Part shown: piece by piece, positions 10,221 through 26,022 of the stretch
Layout: every line of letters starts with the position of its first letter
Position numbering within the stretch: position 1 is the first letter of the stretch
Assembly (NCBI GenBank): GCA_002269645.1
Contig: NIVC01000257.1
Location: 248,001 to 312,000, forward strand
Reading direction: 5' to 3'
Source of the DNA: Macrostomum lignano
Taxonomy: Eukaryota
Length of the DNA: 64,000 bases
Notes under the pieces: generated by a model
Database searches by the model: none
What the model was told of the DNA's origin: nothing
Seen by the model: the letters and a program-made list of their open reading frames with translations, nothing else
Position numbers and translations under genes: made by a program

Positions 10221-11678
10221 GAATTGATGTGTATTTGGAAGGAATACAAGGTGAAATTGAAGCATTTAGAAATGATAATTAACATTGAAGAATAAAGGTA
10301 GCATAATTCATAGAAATATTAGCCAAATTAAATGTAAAATATTTTACACGCTATTGAAAGTAGTCTGATTAGTATGCGCAGAATTTTTTCAAGTACAAAA
10401 AATCACGAATCTATTGTATTTCTTTCCAAAGCAAAGATTTCGCTAGCCGAACACGCCAAAAAAACGTTCGCGACACAAATTCGTCATCCCAGCCATAGAA
10501 TCTCCCAAGTTTATTGGCGCGCATTCGAAATTTTCCGCCAAAACATTTCTGCTTTTTTCGCAGCACGGGCGCCTGTTTCATTCGGCAGTGAAGAAGTCAT
10601 TAGAAAGAAAATCTTCCGGAACATTAAAAAACTGGAAATTGCTAAAGTAAGCTTTCCGCCTGAAACAGAAGCTAAGAAGGTGAAAAAAGGCAAAATCTGT
10701 TGCTTTCAGGAGCAGCAAAAGAACTGTGCAGTACCATTCCGTGATTTCTCCTTCTACGCAGCTCCGATCAGCAAGATTTTATTATTTTTTCTGTTAGATT
10801 AAAAGAGAGCAGCTCTCCCCCGTGAAACCACCCACACTCGCTGCAAGTGCGAGGTCATCTCAGAAGCAACAGACGACAGAAGTTCAAGTGTGAGGACTAA
10901 AAGCTGCAAGCGTGTAACTGAAAAAAGAGTTTTATGGAATGGTCATAAAGTGCATCAATGGCTGGCTTTAGAACTAAAGACAGTAAATGGAGAGAGGGGG
11001 GGATATAATATTGGCGAAACCGAACCGAGCGGAACGAGGCGCCCCCTGCATGGGTCACGCACGCAGCTTTCATCCCAGTGCATGCGGCTCCGTTCCCCGC
11101 TCACAAAACAGACGAAGATTTCAACTCAGACGGGATAAACTCTCAGTTCTGAAGAGTATAGCTGCCCTCTCTGTCCATGGCTTCTCAGCCTCATCAGCTT
11201 CTACTCCTGAGTTCCAGCATCTGTGGCGGAATTGTTGACTAGAGAGAATTTTACACAAGCTTCTGCGAGGCTGCCCCATTCTTTTCCAATAAAACAACCG
11301 AAAACGAAGAGAGAAGAGGGCTGACCCGACGTGGACAAGTGGAGAGCACTTCTTCTTCTTCTTCGTGAATGAGCTGCTCTGCTTTTTCTTGCTGCTTCTT
11401 CTCTCTTGTTCGCCCTGAGTGTTTGTTCCCCGCTGCTCCCCGGGGCTCCTCCCATTTTCAACTGAGCTCAAGTGCAAACAGCAGCTTCTTCTACTCCGGA
11501 TGAGCACCTGCTGCTGCATCCGCAGGCTCTGGCGCGGTACTCTCCATCCATAAGCTTTTCTCCGGATCTGCTGTTCTTTCAGGCTTACTCGAATTTCATC
11601 TTTTGAGATTGAGTGAGACTCGGAGAAATCGATAGGACAGATAGGGTGATATAGTGTGAAAGGGGTGAAGTAGTGTGG

Positions 11679-12116
11679 GAGTGGGAGAGAGTGAGAGTGG
11701 GTGAGAGAGGGTGAGAGGGAATGAGAGAGACTGAGAAAGTGTGAGAGTGGGTGAGAGTGGGTAAGAGTGGGTGTGAGAGTGGGTGAGATTGGGTGAGAGT
11801 GGGTGAGAGTGGGTAAGAGTGGGTGTGAGAGTGGGTGAGAGTGGGTGAGAGTGGGTGTGAGTGGGTGAGAGTGGGTGTGAGTGGGTGAGAGTGGGTGAGA
11901 GTGGGTGTGTGAGAGTGGGTGAGATTGAGTGAGAGTGGGTGAGATGGGTGAGAGTGGGTGTGAGAGTAGGTAAGAGTGAGTGAGAGTGGGTGAGAGTGGG
12001 TGAGAGTGGGTGAGAGTGGGTGTGAGAATAGGTAAGAGTGAGTGAGAGTGGGTGAGAGTGGGTGAGAGTGGGTGAGAGTGGGTGAAATTGAGTGAGCGAG
12101 TGAGAGTGGGTGAGAG
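11679..12116 (+). repeat. Minisatellite, 10 bp (GAGTGGGTGA)
   Basis: Direct reading. Confidence 0.9.
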
Positions 12117-12582
12117 AAAGGACAAGAGGACAGAGGAAGTGCATAGCATATCAGAAACAATTCAGAGATGGTGGCAAAGAATGAGAGAGGCAGGGAGAGA
12201 GTGACGCCTCCCTCTCAAGAGAGATACAACTGGAAGGCGGGCAGTCCTGAAAAAGTTCTCAATTCCGGGGCTGCAGCTGCGGACTCCGTGAGCAAACACT
12301 GGGCCTGTGCTCAGCGGCTCTACAGCTCAGTCGAATTGAAAATGTTTATTTAGATAAGCGCAACCCCCCCAGCATCCATGCACGTCTATTGATTGCGCGA
12401 ATTGATCGCGGGATAGGAGAGTCGCGGGACGTGTACTCCAGACATTTGGCCCTAGGCTGGAGGTCACGACCTCTGACACGCGCTTGTCGAGGTCCGATGA
12501 AATATTAGATCAATTATGAATGAATGAACAGCTTTAGCGCAATACTAGAAGCAATGATGCTTTTTAATTAACAGTAACTCAC

Positions 12583-12746
12583 CTTGGCATTGAGGAATAG
12601 AAAGTTCAGCTGCACAAAGGTGAAAATGATGCCCAGGATGGGGCGAACCGCCAGGGCCAGGCCGGAGCATTCAGCGAGCCGGGAGCCGTGCTGCACCGCC
12701 GTTGCCACCGTCAGGCCGTCGCGGATCATTGAGACAATCCCGAAGC
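12583..12746 (-). CDS. Otop: Otopetrin exon 6 (TM3-TM4)
   Basis: (G)FGIVSMIRDGL...C...PILGIIFTFVQLNFLFLNAK; acceptor cctcgcag|GC, donor AAG|GTGAGT; 164 nt. Missed by the ORF track. Confidence 0.92.
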
Positions 12747-12758
12747 CTGCGAGGATGG

Positions 12759-13430
12759 TTTAGATTGGGTGAGATTCAATTGAGTGAGATTATAATATTA
12801 GAGATTACATTTAGTGACATTACATTTGATGAGATTAGATTTTATGTGACTAGATTGGATGAGATTATACCGGGTGAGATTAGATTGGATGAGATTATAC
12901 CGGGTGAGATTAGATTAAATGAGATTAGATTGGGTGAGATTGGATTGGGTGAGATTAGATTGGGTTAGATTGGATTGGGTGAGATTAGATTGGGTGAGAT
13001 TCAATTGAGTGAGATTATAATATTAGAGATTACATTTAGTGACATTACATTTGATGAGATTAGATTTTATGTGACTAGATTGGATGAGATTATACCGGGT
13101 GAGATTAGATTGGATGAGATTATACCGGGTGAGATTAGATTGGATGAGATTATACCGGGTGAGATTAGATTAAATGAGATTAGATTGGGTGAGATTAGAT
13201 TGGGTGAGATTAGATTGAGTGAGATTATATTGGGTGATATTAGATTGGGTGAGATTAGATTGAGTGAGATTAGATTGGGTGAGATTAGATTGGATGAGAT
13301 TAGATTGAGTGAGATTGGATTGGATCAAAATGGATTGGGTGAGATTAGATTGAGTGAGATTATAATATTAGAGATTAGATTTAGTGACATTACATTTGAT
13401 GAGATTGGATTGGGTGAGATTAGATCGGGA
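12759..13430 (+). repeat. Minisatellite, 15 bp (GAGATTAGATTGGGT)
   Basis: Starts 12 bp from the exon 6 acceptor. Confidence 0.9.
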
Positions 13431-14182
13431 TAGAATCTGTTAGATCCGAGCATTGCAGATAAAAGCAAAGTTTTTTCTCATGGAAAAAGTCTTCAGGAAC
13501 TCTATAAAAAGCCATACAAAACTTAGAAAAACCGAATCCTCCACCACCTAATGATCTCATTATCAGTTATTCCGCGCAGCGACAGAGGAGGCTGGCCGGC
13601 CCTCATCCCTGGGCGGAAAACTGATCCCGACTGGCTGAATTCTGTTGGCAAGGGGGGGGGCACCAGGGGTTCGATGCCCGCCCCTAGCTCCACTTCGTCA
13701 AGTTGCCGTGATGTCCCTGTAGGTAAAACGATCTTTCGCTAAGATGGGATATAAAGACGCGCGCCCAGTTTGGGCAAAGGGGATAAAAGGGGATCTAGGG
13801 GTGGGGGGCAGCTGGGATATTTACACAGGCGATGGGGAGACCGCTTGAAACAGAGGCGACAGCTGTTTTTTGGGGGGAGGGGAGGGGAGGCTCCTCGACA
13901 GCCCCTCTTTTTGCTCTCCAATTCTTACCTCAGATTTTTCAAATCCCAAATTTATTTATCCCAACAATTTTTCCAACTCAAGCTTTCTGTGTCTGGCGCG
14001 CTTCACCTCGGCGTTGCTATGGCGTTACTCACGCCAAACAGAAGACAGGTACTGACTCATACTCGGACAACTGACTGACAGCTGCTAGTCAGAAAATTGG
14101 CATTGAAATTTTTTATATTGAGTTATTTGTTCTGATAATTGTTTGTTAACGCCATGGCTACTAAAATGCTGTTTTAACTAGG

Positions 14183-14845
14183 TCTCCCTCTCTCCCTACG
14201 TCTCCCTCTCTCTCTACGTCTCCCTCTCTCCCTACGTCTCCCTCTCTCCCTACGTCTCCCTCTCTCCCTACGTCTCGCTCTCTCCCTACGTCTCCCTCTC
14301 TCCCTACGTCTCTCTCTCCCTACGTCTCCCTCTCTCCCTACGTCTCCCTCTCTCCCTACGTCTCCCTCTCTCCCTACGTCTCCCTCTCTCCCTACGTCTC
14401 CCTCTCTCCCTACGTCTCCCTCTCTCCCTACGTCTCCCTCTCTCCCTACGTCTCTCTCTCCCTACGTCTCCCTCTCTCCCTACGTCTCCCTCTCTCCCTA
14501 CGTCTCCCTCTCTCCCTACGTCTCCCTCTCTCCCTACGTCTCCCTCTCTCCCTACGTCTCGCTCTCTCCCTACGTCTCGCTCTCTCCCTACGTCTCGCTC
14601 TCTCCCTACGTCTCGCTCTCTCCCTACGTCTCCCTCTCTCCCTACGTCTCTCTCTCCCTACGTCTCCCTCTCTCCCTACGTCTCCCTCTCTCCCTACGTC
14701 TCCCTCTCTCCCTATGTCTCCCTCTCTCCCTACGTCTCCCTCTCTCCCTACGTCTCCCTCTCTCCCTACGTCTCCCTCTCTCCCTACGTCTCCCTCTCTC
14801 CCTACGTCTCCCTCTCTCCCTACGTCTCCCTCTCTCCCTACGCTT
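14183..14845 (+). repeat. Minisatellite, 18 bp (CCTACGTCTCCCTCTCTC)
   Basis: Direct reading. Confidence 0.95.
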
Positions 14846-15876
14846 CTCTCCCTCTCTCTACCTCTCCTTCTCCCTCCCTTTCCCTCTCTTCCTCTGCATC
14901 TATTTCCCTCTCCTGTCTTCCTCTCTTCATCTTCCACTTCCTCTCCATCTCACTTCCCCTCAGCTTCTTTTCACTATTCAATCCATCTCCCCATCTACTT
15001 CTTCTTCCTCACCTTCATCTATGTCTGGCCAGAATCTCCTGTCAGAACCCCTGCCCGGCACTCTTGTGAACAAAATTTCCAACCTTACAAGGCTTTACGC
15101 AAGCGTCGCAAACCATTGACACTACCGGCAGAGGACAAAAAGGACAAGACTGACTCTGCCGCAACAGGAAGCATTCAAAGTCATCACGGCCAGCCTCAAG
15201 CTGAAGATTTCGGCTACTTGCTGGCAACATCTTCATCCAGCTTTGGACCCCCCCCCCTGTCTGGCCGCCGCCCCCTCATGGCCGTGTCGACTGGCTTTCT
15301 CCTAGCAAGCTAGCAACAACTGTTGGCTGCATGTAAATGTTCGATAGAGCCCCCATCCTCCTTCACCCCTCTGTCGGCGTTCAGCTGGCCTGTTGCGCCA
15401 CTTTCTCTTTTCCTCATAACTGTGTCGGACCCTGCAGGGCTGAGAGAGGGGAGACAGGGGCGGGCAGGAGGGCGGATTTCTGAACACAACAGAGGAAAAA
15501 TTATTGAAGCCAAGCGGGACCAGACGCGGGGACAATCAAGTATTTTATGAATGGCCCATAAGTTCACCAGCGGCCCGTGTGGCTGGCTGACTCAGCATTC
15601 AGATAGATCTCTGCTAGCTCTTCTCCTCTTTGACTGGCAGCCACTGATTTTGTGTGTCCACACAGATGGGAGGCAAAATGCGGATTGTCAAAGTTTGATT
15701 GCCCATTGCGCTGGGTATGCGTACTTTTGTGGGGATTAGCAAAAACTATAATTGTTTAATTTGCCACGACGGGGGACCCGTCAAGATTTGAGTGTCGATG
15801 TAGGCCTAGAAAGTTTACCCAGCAAATCTAGGAGCCCTAAAGGGGCACTTGGGTTAAAAATATACTCATTATATCC

Positions 15877-17531
<1,655 letters not shown>

Positions 17532-17954
17532 AATGAAACCCCGCCTGCAAGGCAGAATTAAAGCATCGAAATCGATGGTCAAACTCGACATTTCAGCCAG
17601 TCTGAGCCAGCACAGCAGGCAGCAGCTGGGTCTGCCCGGTGAAACTTGAGCAGTGAAATGTCGGCCGGGCCCCACTGGGCAATGAGGTGCATCTTGATGA
17701 AGGGGCTTTGATCCTGCAAAGGGATTAAAGCTGTTGCGCAACCCCTCCGTGTTTCATTCTCTGCAGCCTCATCCTTCTGTGTCCGCGGACCATCATTTTC
17801 TGTCTTCCAGTCTCCAAGTTGCTGGGACTGGATTTGCCTCATCAGTTGCCTTATCCCAGCTGCCGCCCCCAATGTGGGTTGAACATGTGATCGCTGGGGT
17901 GAAGTGTCTCAAATAAAAAAAAATAGGCTTGCTGGAGTTCCTATGGTTGGTCTG

Positions 17955-18290
17955 GAATGGATTGCTAGTCTAGCCTACATCAGTGAAGGAATAGAATGGA
18001 TTGCTAATCTAGCCTACATCAGTGAAGGAATAGAATGGATTGCTAATCTAGCCTACATCAGGGAAGGAACAGAATGGATTGCTAATCTAGCCTACATCAG
18101 TGAAGGAATAGAATGGATTGCTAATCTAGCCTACATCAGTGAAGGAATAGAATGGATTGCTAATCTAGCCTACATCAGTGAAGGAATAGAATGGATTGCT
18201 AATCTAGCCTACATCAGTGAAGGAAGAGAATGGATTGCTAATCTAGCCTACATCAGTGAAGGAATAGAATGGATTGCTAATCTAGCCTCA
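17955..18290 (+). repeat. Minisatellite, 39 bp (GAATGGATTGCTAATCTAGCCTACATCAGTGAAGGAATA)
   Basis: Same family as 61245-61748, opposite orientation. Confidence 0.95.
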
Positions 18291-18711
18291 GTGAATCAAG
18301 AGTGGAGAAAGATCAATTTGAACTGACACGCAGGTTTAATCTAACAACAGTAGCAGAAACACTAGCACCGGGTACTGCAAGGTTGGGAGAGGGTAGTGGG
18401 GAGCAGAGGGCAGAGTAGCTGGGGGCGCCAGCTGCAGCTCAGGAAGCGAGTTCGGAAGGTTGGTACTTAAACTGTCTGAGCCCGGCACAATTGATCCTGC
18501 AATAGGAGCTGATATGATAAATTGCTTCTAAAAGAAGTACTTGTTGACTAGCTGTGGGTGTCGGGGCTTCACAGGGGGGGTCCGCAACGCAGTTGCAAAA
18601 AATTATGGCAGGTCGGGTGGAGGGTGAGAAAGGAGAGAAAGGAGCATTGGGGCTGGCTCTGTTCTAGCGCTTGCAGTGGATTTTGATTGGAGTTTGATGG
18701 TTAGTAGGTTA

Positions 18712-19585
18712 ATTGTCAGTAGATTGTCAGTAGATTGTCAGTAGATTGTCAGTAGATTGTCAGTAGATTGTCAGTAGATTGTCAGTAGATTGTCAGTAGA
18801 TTCTCAGGAGATTGTTAGGAGATAGATTGTCAGTAGATTGTCAGTAGATTGTCAGTAAATTGTCAGTAGATTATCAGCAGATTGTCAGTAGATTGTCAGT
18901 AGATTGTCAGCAGATTGTCAGTAGATTGTCAGTAGATTGTCAGTAGATTGTCAGTAAATTGTCAGTAGATTATCAGCAGATTGTCAGTAGATTGTCAGTA
19001 GATTGTCAGTAGATTGTCAGTAGATTGTCAGTAGATTGTCAGTAGATTATCAGCAGATTGTCAGTAGATTGTCAGTAGATTGTCAGTAGATTGTCAGTAG
19101 ATTGTCAGTAGATTATCAGCAGATTGTCAGTAGATTGTCAGTAGATTGTCAGTAGATTGTCAGTAGATTGTCAGTAGATTGTCAGTAGATTGTCAGTAGA
19201 TTGTCAGTAGATTGTCAGTAGATTGTCAGTAGATTGTCAGTAGATTGTCAGTAGATTGTCAGTAGATTGTCAGTAGATTGTCAGTAGATTATCAGCAGAT
19301 TGTCAGTAGATTGTCAGTAGATTGTCAGCAGATTGTCAGTAGATTGTCAGTAGATTGTCAGTAGATTGTCAGTAGATTGTCAGCAGATTGTCAGTAGATT
19401 GTCAGTAGACTGTCAGTAGATTGTCAGTAGATTGTCAGTAGATTGTCAGTAGATTGTCAGTAGATTGTCAGTAGATTGTCAGTAGATTGTCAGTAGATTG
19501 TCAGTAGATTGTCAGTAGATTGTCAGTAGATTGTCAGTAGATTGTCAGTAGATTGTCAGTAGATTGTCAGTAGATTGTCAGTAGA
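18712..19585 (+). repeat. Minisatellite, 11 bp (GTAGATTGTCA)
   Basis: Direct reading. Confidence 0.95.
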
Positions 19586-20159
19586 CTATTACGTTGACAA
19601 GGTGAAAGAGAATGAACAGAACAAGAGAGGAGGAGGCAGAGGAGGAGAGAAAGGGGTGGGTGAGAGGACAACTTGAGCGCGGTAACTTGATAAGTCCTGT
19701 CACACAGGGGAGGCGGGGTCGCACGGAGAGTTTTCAAGGGTTAATACGGCGATAGCCCCAGGGAGATCCTTGGCTAATAATCGATCTAAGCTATGCCTGC
19801 AATCCCCAAAAGCTGAGGTTAGGCAGTATGAAAGCGACGTGAGACTGAATGAGTGAATGGCCATGAGATAATTGCTGTGAGCACAGACAGACCCTGAGTT
19901 TGCCGACTGGCGCTCTCTCTTTTTAACATCCACCGGGTATTTTCGATTTTTTGCCTTCAATTTTCGTAGCGTTTTGTTTTGTTTGACTTTGCCTCTCAGT
20001 AATTATTATTATCAATAATGGCTTTCTTAATTTCACGGCAGAAATTGGATTCGGCCAAGGGTGCCGGGAGAGAGCCTCAATAGACTGATCTGACCCTGCC
20101 TCCTGAGTACTGCCGGTCAGTACTGACCTCTCACTGCCTTGACCCAGTGCTCAAACTCA

Positions 20160-21020
20160 CTTTCCATCTCTCCTCTCTCCCCATCTCTCCTCTCTCCCGA
20201 TCTCTCTCTCCATATCTCTCTCCCCATTTCTCTCCTCTCTACACATCTCTCTCCCCATCTCTCTCCTCTCTCCCATCTCTCTCCTCTCTCCCATCTCTCC
20301 TCTCTCCCCATCTCTCCTCTCTCTCCATCTCTCCTCTCTCCCGATCTCTCTCCCATCTCTCTCCTCTCTCCCATCTCTCCTCTCTCCCATCTCTCCTCTC
20401 TCCCCATCTCTCCTCTCTCCCGATCTCTCCTCTCTCCCGATCTCTCTCCCGATCTCTCTCCCGATCTCTCTCCCCATCTCTCTCTCCCCATCTCTCTCCT
20501 CTCTACACATCTCTCTCCCCATCTCTCTCCTCTCTCCCATCTCTTCTCTCTCCCCATCTCTCCTCTCTCCCATCTCTCCTCTCTCCCCATCTCTCCTCTC
20601 TCCCCATCTCTCCTCTCTCCCCATCTCTCCTCTCTCCCCATCTCTCCTCTCTGAACATCTCTCCTCTCTCCCCATCTCTCCTCTCTCCCCATCTCTCCTC
20701 TCTCCCCATCTCTCCTCTCTCCCCATCTCTCCTCTCTCCCCATCTCTCCTCTCTCCCCATCTCTCCTCTCTGAACATCTCTCCTCTCTCCCCATCTCTCC
20801 TCTCTCCCCATCTCTCCTCTCTCCCCATCTCTCCTCTCTCCCCATCTCTCCTCTCTCCCCATCTCTCCTCTCTCCCCATCTCTCCTCTCTCCCCATCTCT
20901 CCTCTCTCCCCATCTCTCCTCTCTCCCCATCTCTCCTCTCTACACATCTCTCCTCTTTCTACAAATCTCTCTCCTCTCTCTACACATCTCTCCACTCTCT
21001 CTACACACCTCACTCTCTCC
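20160..21020 (+). repeat. Polypyrimidine minisatellite, about 17 bp (CTCTCCTCTCTCCCCAT)
   Basis: Direct reading. Confidence 0.9.
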
Positions 21021-21646
21021 CAACTTGGCCTGGCAGCAAAAACTGCAACTTCAGAGAGAGTCGAACAGAGCTGCTGATAGCATTGGGCTGTGCAGACTCT
21101 GTGGGGCGTTTTGAAGGACAGGATAATGCTGAGAGTTAAAGAGAGAATGTGAGTGAGCTGGAATCCTGCATATCAATGCGCAATCCTGCAGGACGGAATG
21201 GGATCTGGGCGCTCTCTTCCCACTGCCCAGCACCTTTCTGCGTCTCTTCTCCCACAGTCGTTAGCCCTTACCGGGGCTCACCTGGAACTGTTTTAAGGCA
21301 CCAACCACCACCCCAACCCTATGCTTTGGCTTCTTTCAATTTTAACCAATGTTCCTCTTCTTCAAGCGCCATTTCTGCCCCGTGTGTTTTCCCATCATCG
21401 GGACTTTGGTCTGGCCCTGGTGCGGTCACCAGCGCACTGAAGCACTGAAAGAAATTCTTTGCAGCACTCCGGGATCCCCTGCCGAGGGGGCAGAGGAGTT
21501 GGCGCACACATGGTGACACTCTCTGAGGGTTGAACAAATTCCCAGCCTCTGTTCTTCATCAGTCTCACGGGAATGGCACCTCTGAAATTGTTGGCAAACT
21601 AGCAATAATGACCAACCTATGCACTGAAGGGTTTACCTTTATTCGC

Positions 21647-22422
21647 TAAGGTTCTACCCTATCTAATGAAGGTTCTACCCTATCTAATGAAGGTTCTACC
21701 CTATCTAATGAAGGTTCTACTCTATCCAATGAAGGTTCTACCCTATCCAATGAAGGTTCTACCCTATCTAATGAAGGTTCTACCCTATCTAATGAAGGTT
21801 CTACCCTATCTAATGAAGGTTCTACCCTATCCAAAGAAGGTTCTACCCTATCTAATGAAGGTTCTACCCTATCTAATGAAGGTTCTACCCTATCTAATGA
21901 AGGTTCTAACCTATCTAATGAAGTTTCTACTCTATCTAATGAAGGTTCTACTCTATCTAATGAAGGATCTACCCTATCAAATGAAGGTTCTACCCTATCT
22001 AATGAAGGTTCCACTCTATTCAATGAAGGTTCCATTCTATTCAATGAAGGTTCTACCCTATCTAATGAAGGTTCTACCCTATCTAATGGAGGTTCTACCC
22101 TATCTAATGAAGGTTCTACCCTATCTAATGAAGGTTCTACCCTATCTAATGAAGGTTCTACCCTATCTAATGAAGGTTCTACCCTATCTAATGAAGGTTC
22201 TACCCTATCTAATGAAGGTTCTACCCTATCTAATGAAGGTTCTACCCTATCTAATTAAGGTGCTACCCTATCTAATGAAGGTTCTACCCTATCTAATTAA
22301 GGTGCTACCCTATCTAATGAAGGTTCTACCCTATCTAATTAAGGTGCTATACTATCTAATGACGGTTCTACCCCAATCTACTAAAGATTCTACCCTAACA
22401 ACGAAAGGTTCTACCCTATCTA
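21647..22422 (+). repeat. Minisatellite, 21 bp (GAAGGTTCTACCCTATCTAAT)
   Basis: Direct reading. Confidence 0.95.
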
Positions 22423-22924
22423 ATAAAAACAAGCTTCTTCGCAACGCCCGAAAAGTTATTTACTATCCCCAGGGCTACATATTTTACCATCCACTTCACT
22501 TTCGACTTTCCCAAACCCCCCCCCCCAACAAACTCAGTGCAACATTGTGAAGCATCGGAAGCTGCCGCATTTTCCGTCCGAGGCGACGCCCCCCTCTCTT
22601 CCTCCTTGCCTACCGAGCCGATCCCATCCAAGTAATTAGGGGATCAAAGCTGGACGCGACAAACCAGGGGGGGGGGTCGTACGACACGGGGTCGCTCTGC
22701 GGGACCCCCCCCCCTCTATTGCCGGTTGGTGAAGTCCATCTTTGCGGAGCCAAAGCCTCAGCCATTAACTGGGCCTTCTGGGGCGTTCGGGCCTCGAGTG
22801 CGATGCCGCCGCATTCCTGCTGATTGCTGACAAATATCTGGCCCGCTGCCTTGCGCCCCATAATGTCCCCTCTTAGTGTCCCCTGCTTTTCCGCGTCACT
22901 GCCTCTCCATCTCACCATCTCCTG

Positions 22925-23380
22925 TTTATGAACCCTCCCTTTCCACATCTCTATCTACCTCTCCTGTTTATGAACCCTCCCTGTCCACCTCTCTATCTAC
23001 CTCTGTTCTGTCTATGAACCCTCCCTGTCCACCTCTCTATCTACCTCTGTTCTGTCTATGAACCCTCCCTGTCCACCTCTCTATCTACCTCTGTTCTGTC
23101 TATGAACCCTCCCTGTCCACCTCTCTATCTACCTCTGTTCTGTCTATGAACCCTCCCTGTCCACCTCTCTATCTACCTCTGTTCTGTCTATGAACCCTCC
23201 CTGTCCACCTCTCTATCTACCTCTGTTCTGTCTATGAACCCTCCCTGTCCACCTCTCTATCTACCTCTGTTCTGTCTATGAACCCTCCCTGTCCACCTCC
23301 CTATCTACCCCTTCCACCTCCCTATCTAGCCCTGTCCACCTCCCTATCTACCCCTGTCCACCTCTCTATCTACCTTTCAA
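22925..23380 (+). repeat. Minisatellite, 44 bp (ATGAACCCTCCCTGTCCACC...)
   Basis: Period 44 measured (23014 to 23058). Confidence 0.9.
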
Positions 23381-24038
23381 TCCTCCTCTCTCTTCCATCT
23401 AGGCCTTTCTGGATCATTCTCTATTCCAATCCATATGTTCTCCTGACCCTGACCTCTGTGTCGGTCAAAATGCAATTTTATTCGTGATGCTTATCAATCA
23501 ACGTGTTTTCTTATAATTATTGAGAAATTGCCTCGCAGTGTGGCCGGATCCCAGTTGCCAAGGAGAACAATGGCTAGTAAAATCCTAGAGGTCATTCGTG
23601 TCGCAGCCATCGAGTTTATATCTGCCGCAGGCCACCATGCCATGCCTCTCACTCTGGACACACATATTTTTTCGCCTTGAAGGGGGGAGGGCAGACACTG
23701 GGGGCCTGTCAAACCGAGTTTTGCCGCCACTCTTAATCCTTCCGCACGCAGCAACCACCGCGCCCGACAGTTGCTGCCTCCTGCGCCAGCTTCTGAAATA
23801 TTAATTCGCATGCGGATCGAGCAGCAGCTAATCCGCCCCATCCCCAGTTTCCCTCAGCTCTTCCTCCGTATCGTCTTCATCAGCAACTGGGAAACATGCA
23901 TGGGGGGGGGGTTTGCCGCTGCTGCCGCCGCTGTTGCTATTCTTGGCTCAGTGCCAAATGACAGGGGCTAGGGCGGCGGGGGGAGGGGCGAGGCGGAGAC
24001 GACAGGGAAGATTCCGCCTCCGACTCGAGCTCGAGCTG

Positions 24039-24071
<33 letters not shown>

Positions 24072-24136
24072 CAGCGCTTTCATCCGCGCTCGGACAGGAA
24101 ACATTGAAGCCTGAGGATGAGAGGAAATGAGGAGAG

Positions 24137-24177
<41 letters not shown>

Positions 24178-24544
24178 TCACGGGAGCGGACGCGCGATGA
24201 GCATCTGGGACAAATTTTGGGGACAACGCCCGTGAGGCAAAAGGGGAGAGACAGAGCAGCAGTGGCAGAGGTGGGCCGCCTCCGCAGGGGGGGGGAGGCG
24301 TGCACAATTAGACCGAGTATTCGAGAAACAGCCGCCAGGGCGACTCGGATCAGCCGAAAAAATCCTGCTGAGTTTTTTGTGCGTTTCGAGTTTAATCCTC
24401 AGGGAGCGGCGAAAACCCGCCGTGATCGGCACTTATTGGGATTCGTTTTCTGGGATTTGGGGAGAAACAAGCAAGGGGATTCCAGCTGGATTGTGACCTC
24501 AGTGGCAGCTTTAGTACAGAGCATTCATTTGATTCTATTTTTTC

Positions 24545-25066
24545 ATGACCAGTGCTCTAAGTATCTGTCGTCTATGACCACAACCGGTGCTCTAAGCATC
24601 TGTCTATGATCACAACCGGTGCTCTAAGCATCTCTCTATGACCACAACCAGTGCTCTAAGCATCTCTCTATGACCACAACCAGTGCTCTAAGCATCTGTC
24701 TATGACCACAACCGGTTCTCTAAGCATCTCTCTATGACCACAACCGGTTCTCTAAGCATCTGTCTATGACCACAACCGGTTCTCTAAGCATCTGTCTATG
24801 ACCACAACCGGTGCTCTAAGCATCTGTCTATGACCACAACCGGTGCTCTAAGCATCTGTATATGACCACAACCGGTTCTCTAAGCATCTGTCTATGACCA
24901 CAACCGGTTCTCTAAGCATCTGTCTATGACCACAACCGGTTCTCTAAGCATCTGTCTATGACCACAACCGGTGCTCTAAGCATCTCTCTATGACCACAAC
25001 CGGTTCTCTAAGCATCTGTATATGACCACAACCGGTTCTCTAAGCATCTGTCTATGACCACAACCA
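24545..25066 (+). repeat. Minisatellite, 32 bp (TCTATGACCACAACCGGTTCTCTAAGCATCTG)
   Basis: Direct reading. Confidence 0.95.
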
Positions 25067-26022
25067 ACCAACCAATGCTCTGAGCTAAGCTGCAAGACCC
25101 AACCTGTGGACTCAAAGAGGATTCAAGAAATTTCAGCCAGAGCCTTCTTGATGCACTATACAGTTTTTCAGCGGACTAATAAAGTAGATCACGTGATCCT
25201 GATTTCCAAAAGCCTTCAACCCGATTGCCCTCATCCTCACACGGCAGGGGAAGTCCGCTAAAAACAGAGATCGGGCGGGAGATATCCCAGGCAAAAATCA
25301 AATGATCCCAGATAGAAGCTAAGGAATCCCATGCTCCCATGCGTCCCGAGCTCAGCGCTCCCCCCCCCTGTGTCTCGCTCTTCCCCTTTTTTCTAGTCAA
25401 TTTTTTCGTCGCGATTCATTCCAGGAAACCGATTACGATTTCTCCCAGAAGCAGCAACACAGAAATCAGATTTTGCTTTCGGGAAAAAAAGTGCGCTCGG
25501 AGAATGTTTGAAAGCGAAGGGGAAGCTGATGAAGCCTCATCTCTTTCCCCGAATGCGGACTGCTTGTCGCCGGGCAAAAAAACTCCCAGCCAAAATTTGC
25601 CATGTTGATTTTTTGACAATAATAAAAATTAAAAAATGCAAGCCAAGGTCGTCCTCTTACTGGCTGGCAGCCTGGGATTTGGGAAAATTCCATGGCCTAT
25701 TGAAATCCTACAGGCCTAGCAGGGCCCGGGCCACCACCATTCCGTTTGGTCATTTTCAAATTCCAGATTGTCCACCCAGCCCCGCTTTTAAAAGGATTGG
25801 GAAAATGAGGGTAGAGAGGGTGGGATTCTGTTGAACGATTCTTACAAAAATCCCCAGAAAACTAAGCTGCTAATGTAGTTTTGAATCGGGAGTTTCAACT
25901 CTTGAAAATTGAAGTTGCGCGCGTACACGCATTTCGGTTTGTTGATGGCTGCTGAGGGGCATCGGATGTTAGCAGAACCAATTGCTGTGTTATGAACCCT
26001 CTCCCATGTTAGCGTCTGTAAT

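Noticed and set aside
6755-10285. 1176-aa ORF and other long ORFs (2008-3065, 15781-17741, 20117-21013, 21666-22550, 35594-36559, 36944-37913, 50700-51821, 59926-60654)
   Set aside because: They are translations of tandem repeats lacking stops in some frames, and many lie inside introns of the reconstructed genes.
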